Below, one piece after another: positions 60,814 to 64,000 of a DNA stretch of 64,000 nt. The notes below the pieces were generated by a model. The model saw only the letters and a list, made by a program, of their open reading frames with translations, did not search any database and had not been told where the DNA came from. Position 1 is the first letter of the stretch. Every line of letters starts with the position of its first letter. The DNA comes from an uncultured Acidobacteriota bacterium (GTDB lineage: Bacteria; Acidobacteriota; Blastocatellia; RBC074): assembly GCA_963796275.1 (NCBI GenBank), contig CAWCKY010000004.1, forward strand, positions 32,001 to 96,000, read 5' to 3'. Position numbers and translations under genes: made by a program.

Positions 60814-63800
60814 ATGTCTCCCCTACTTCAAGCCTGTTTCCTATTTTTCGTTTGCCTGACATATTCTTCGTTTTTTGCCATTAGAACAGCCTGTGCCGCA
60901 GTCCAAGCTTGTCTGTCTCACTGGTTGTATGCGTTCTTGCCTCGTGTTAGCCTGACAGGCTCGCGCTTTGGTCCCTCGGTTCTGCAACGTTTTCTATGCG
61001 TGATGTTGATTGTGGTGATGTCCGGTCAGAGTGTCCTGGCCTCGCCTCAAATTGCATTCTCCGTATTCAACACCGTCTCGCCAGCGGCGATCAATTCTGG
61101 GCAGAATGTGTACTTCTGGTGGCATTCAAGCGGATGGGCGGCGTGGTCTGAGCGATACGTACGAAAACATTTTCCTTTCCTCCATTCCAGTAAGCAACAT
61201 GAGCGGAACTGGGATGGGACAGGCGCCCCGGCTCAGTCGATGCCGGAACCTATGCCGCAAGAAACCCAGGATGAGCGAAACGCTCGGGTGGTTCGTCTTG
61301 AAATTCATCCGAAAGAGATATCTGTCAGACCTGATGAGCCGGTAATCTTCAGCGCCATAGGTTTTGACGGCAACAATTCGCCAGTTGGAGGCCTTCGATT
61401 TAATTGGAGTAGCGAGGAGGAGATGAGCGGAGAACGAGTAAAGGTGATGGAGATGGGGAAGTTCGCCGCATCGAAGAAAGGAAGTTATAAGATCAGGGCA
61501 AGCATGAACGGGCGTGCAGTCGAGACGAAGGTGACGGTGAAGGGCGACAGATTCGCGCCGTGGGAGCAACCGATCGGAACAAGAACAGTCTCGTCGCGTG
61601 ATCTGCCGCCAGCACCGCGATCGAGTTCACCGCTTCCGAAGACGAAAGAGCGTATCGCGAAGAATGCTCTTGACAGATTGGCGACCAGGTTCGCGTCGGC
61701 CGGAACAAAAGTGATGCCCGCGATTCTACAGGCGGGAGACATATATGGCTGGAATAGCAGCAACTATATGACGGCGGATGACCCTGGAAAGCAACGCGGA
61801 GAGCCGGCCGGTCACACACCTGATGGTGGTGCAGGCAACGCCAATTTCGAGTTCGCCACACCAGTACTGGCTCTCGATGGGCGTGGCCTCGATATCAACC
61901 TCGGGCTGTCTTACAACTCACGCATCTGGCATAAAGCCAACTCTGAAATCACCTTCGACATTGACCGTGACTGGCCTGCACCAGGCTGGTCGCTAGGCTT
62001 TGGTAAGATCGTCTCAATGGGCTTAGGGAACGGGTTTATGATGATCGAAGCTGACGGAACGCGCCATCCCTATACTGGCACGATTTCCTATAGTCAATTC
62101 TTTCACGGCTGCACCTGCAAGACCTCTGATGGCTCTTTTATTGATTACACAGTGGCAGATAACACCCCTGGCGGCAGTACGCATGCCTATGCTTATGCTC
62201 ACTTTCCCAATGGTACGCAGATACTTTATGAAGCGCCGGGAGCAAATGCTATCTATCCAACGTGGATCGGTGATTCCAACGGTAACAAGATTCTCATCTC
62301 CTATCGTAATAACCAAGGGCCACAGATAAACACAATTACCGACACACTGGGCCGAGTCATTCGATTCTATTACGATTCAAATAACCTGCTTGTGGCGATC
62401 ACCGGGCCAGGCTTCAACGGCACGACACGCACACTCGTGCGGCTAATCTACGAGTGGAAAAATCTAGTCAATTTGGGAAGCAATTATGGCTTTGCGGGCT
62501 TGACTCCTCGAGTGCGCAACAATGTAATCCCTGTCATCAAAGGCATATATTACCCAGGCACCAATACCGGTTACTGGTTCGGCGAATCGGATTCATATTC
62601 AGCATATGGCATGCTTGCCAAAGTCATCGAGCAGCGCGGGATGTCTTTTTCAGCCGCTCCCCTCCCTGCAGATCCTCAACAACCTGCCGACCCTGGAACA
62701 ATCACGCCAGGAACGATGACGCGCCAGATGGTCTATGACTACCCGATGGTGGCCAGCAGTTTGAGCAGTGAGCCAACATACCAGAATATGACCGAAACGT
62801 GGGCTAATATGGACGTGGCTCCCGCAGTAACTCATTATTTGGTGCAGGAGAACGCCTCTCCGCGCCGGATAGAGATCACCCGTCCGGATGGCGTTAAGAC
62901 TGTGACGCTCTCTCATAACGCTCCGGGTCAGTTCAAGGATGGGCTGATCTATCAGGACGAGACTTACAGCCCTCAGGCGACGCTGCTCGGCCGGTCTTTC
63001 GTGAATTGGGAACAGGGCAGCTGTCCACCCTCTGGGCAGTCGCCCGGACTATACGAATACTGTGCACCTCGCCCGAGCCGTATTGAAATCACTGATGAGC
63101 GAGGTCAGAAGACCGGCAAAGAGTTTAGCTATGGTTCGCACTTCAACCAGGTGACCGAAACTCGCGAATACGGCTATGGATATTCTTTTGGCGGCACCAA
63201 CACGCTATTGAGAAAGACTAGAAAAGAATACCTGAATGATGCTAATTATATCGACTTTGCCCCATCGGCTCTTGAAGGAATTCACATCTTCAACCTGGTC
63301 ACAGTCAGTGAAGTTTTTGCAGGAGATGGCGTCACTCGCCTCGCACGCACCGAATATAGCTATGATCAATTCAGGGGGGCAGCCGGACTGAAAGCTACTC
63401 CAGGGATTACTACTTCAGGTTATGACGCTAGATATAATCCTCATGGCAACCCTTTCTATGTTTTTTTTAAATTTGACAATCGCGGTAACGTGACAACCAT
63501 CAAGCGTTATGGCAACGCTGTCACTTTGGACGAGGATACTGCGGTCATCGAAGTCAGGCATTACGACATCACTGGCAACGTCGTGAAGATCGACAATTCC
63601 TGCTGCGAGCAAACGACCATCAATTACACTCTGAACACCCAATATGCCTGGCCTGAATCGCAGACTCGCGGCTCGGAAACTGACTCGTCAAAACAGAATA
63701 CGACCTCTGCGACCTATGATTTCAATACAGGCCTGGTGAAGACTGGGACCGATGCCAATGGCCGGGTCTCACAAAATACATATTATCCTGACTCACTCAG

Positions 63801-64000
63801 ACCGGAAAAGGAAATTTCACCAACCGGTGCATACAAATATCACGTCTATGACGATTCCCAATTGTCCGTTGTTGATCAGACATACGAAGCGGGCGAGGAC
63901 GGCTCCAACTGGTCCTCGCGCAACGACAAATTCCTCGATGGGCGCGGGCGGGTGCGCATCCAGGACGCCTACGGCAAGGATGATGTGCAGGATCGGGTGG
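60814..64000 (+). CDS. Large RHS/YD-repeat protein, 5' part, continues beyond right edge
   Basis: AGGAGG + ATG 60814; frame 1 reads open; NFEFATPVLALDGRGLDINLGLSYNSRIW, WPAPGWSLGFG, DSNGNKI, DTLGRVIRFYYD, YDITGNV, DANGR. Confidence 0.9.
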   Translation, partial: MSPLLQACFLFFVCLTYSSFFAIRTACAAVQACLSHWLYAFLPRVSLTGSRFGPSVLQRFLCVMLIVVMSGQSVLASPQIAFSVFNTVSPAAINSGQNVYFWWHSSGWAAWSERYVRKHFPFLHSSKQHERNWDGTGAPAQSMPEPMPQETQDERNARVVRLEIHPKEISVRPDEPVIFSAIGFDGNNSPVGGLRFNWSSEEEMSGERVKVMEMGKFAASKKGSYKIRASMNGRAVETKVTVKGDRFAPWEQPIGTRTVSSRDLPPAPRSSSPLPKTKERIAKNALDRLATRFASAGTKVMPAILQAGDIYGWNSSNYMTADDPGKQRGEPAGHTPDGGAGNANFEFATPVLALDGRGLDINLGLSYNSRIWHKANSEITFDIDRDWPAPGWSLGFGKIVSMGLGNGFMMIEADGTRHPYTGTISYSQFFHGCTCKTSDGSFIDYTVADNTPGGSTHAYAYAHFPNGTQILYEAPGANAIYPTWIGDSNGNKILISYRNNQGPQINTITDTLGRVIRFYYDSNNLLVAITGPGFNGTTRTLVRLIYEWKNLVNLGSNYGFAGLTPRVRNNVIPVIKGIYYPGTNTGYWFGESDSYSAYGMLAKVIEQRGMSFSAAPLPADPQQPADPGTITPGTMTRQMVYDYPMVASSLSSEPTYQNMTETWANMDVAPAVTHYLVQENASPRRIEITRPDGVKTVTLSHNAPGQFKDGLIYQDETYSPQATLLGRSFVNWEQGSCPPSGQSPGLYEYCAPRPSRIEITDERGQKTGKEFSYGSHFNQVTETREYGYGYSFGGTNTLLRKTRKEYLNDANYIDFAPSALEGIHIFNLVTVSEVFAGDGVTRLARTEYSYDQFRGAAGLKATPGITTSGYDARYNPHGNPFYVFFKFDNRGNVTTIKRYGNAVTLDEDTAVIEVRHYDITGNVVKIDNSCCEQTTINYTLNTQYAWPESQTRGSETDSSKQNTTSATYDFNTGLVKTGTDANGRVSQNTYYPDSLRPEKEISPTGAYKYHVYDDSQLSVVDQTYEAGEDGSNWSSRNDKFLDGRGRVRIQDAYGKDDVQDRV

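Overview
The gene content (ADOP permease, CHAT-TPR, DUF4384-like, RHS and cytochrome c-PQQ proteins) suggests an Acidobacteriota genome; this is inference. The left half (1-21.2 kb, minus strand) is the 5' part of a lipopeptide NRPS operon that runs off the left edge. In transcription order it encodes a NusG paralog, membrane M28 peptidase, SyrD-type exporter, DDAH-like enzyme, FAAL-T-C starter, two CmlA/FrsH-type diiron beta-hydroxylases, NRPS (pseudo-C)-A-T-C, a SyrP/TauD hydroxylase, and a further NRPS starting with an interface domain. Its leader holds a consensus sigma54 -24/-12 promoter, two perfect TATCA-N4-TGATA palindromes upstream of it, and a hairpin plus ops-like element downstream of it. 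Directly upstream and co-oriented is a CHAT-TPR / membrane Ser-Thr kinase / DUF4384-like / FHA-GAF-sigma54 activator module. My best candidate for an undescribed system is therefore a protease-kinase-FHA cascade that switches on an antiterminated, heavily hydroxylated lipopeptide pathway. The right half (30-64 kb) is an accessory mosaic. It has several intact enzymes, a possible integron cassette relic, two tnpB relics sharing one left end, decayed TA, group II intron and IS remnants, and an orphan RHS toxin/immunity pair. It also holds a 4.6-kb IS21 cargo transposon with a CCACC target duplication that splits a triple-HTH gene, and a large RHS gene running off the right edge. All calls come from reading motifs by eye; no searches were run.
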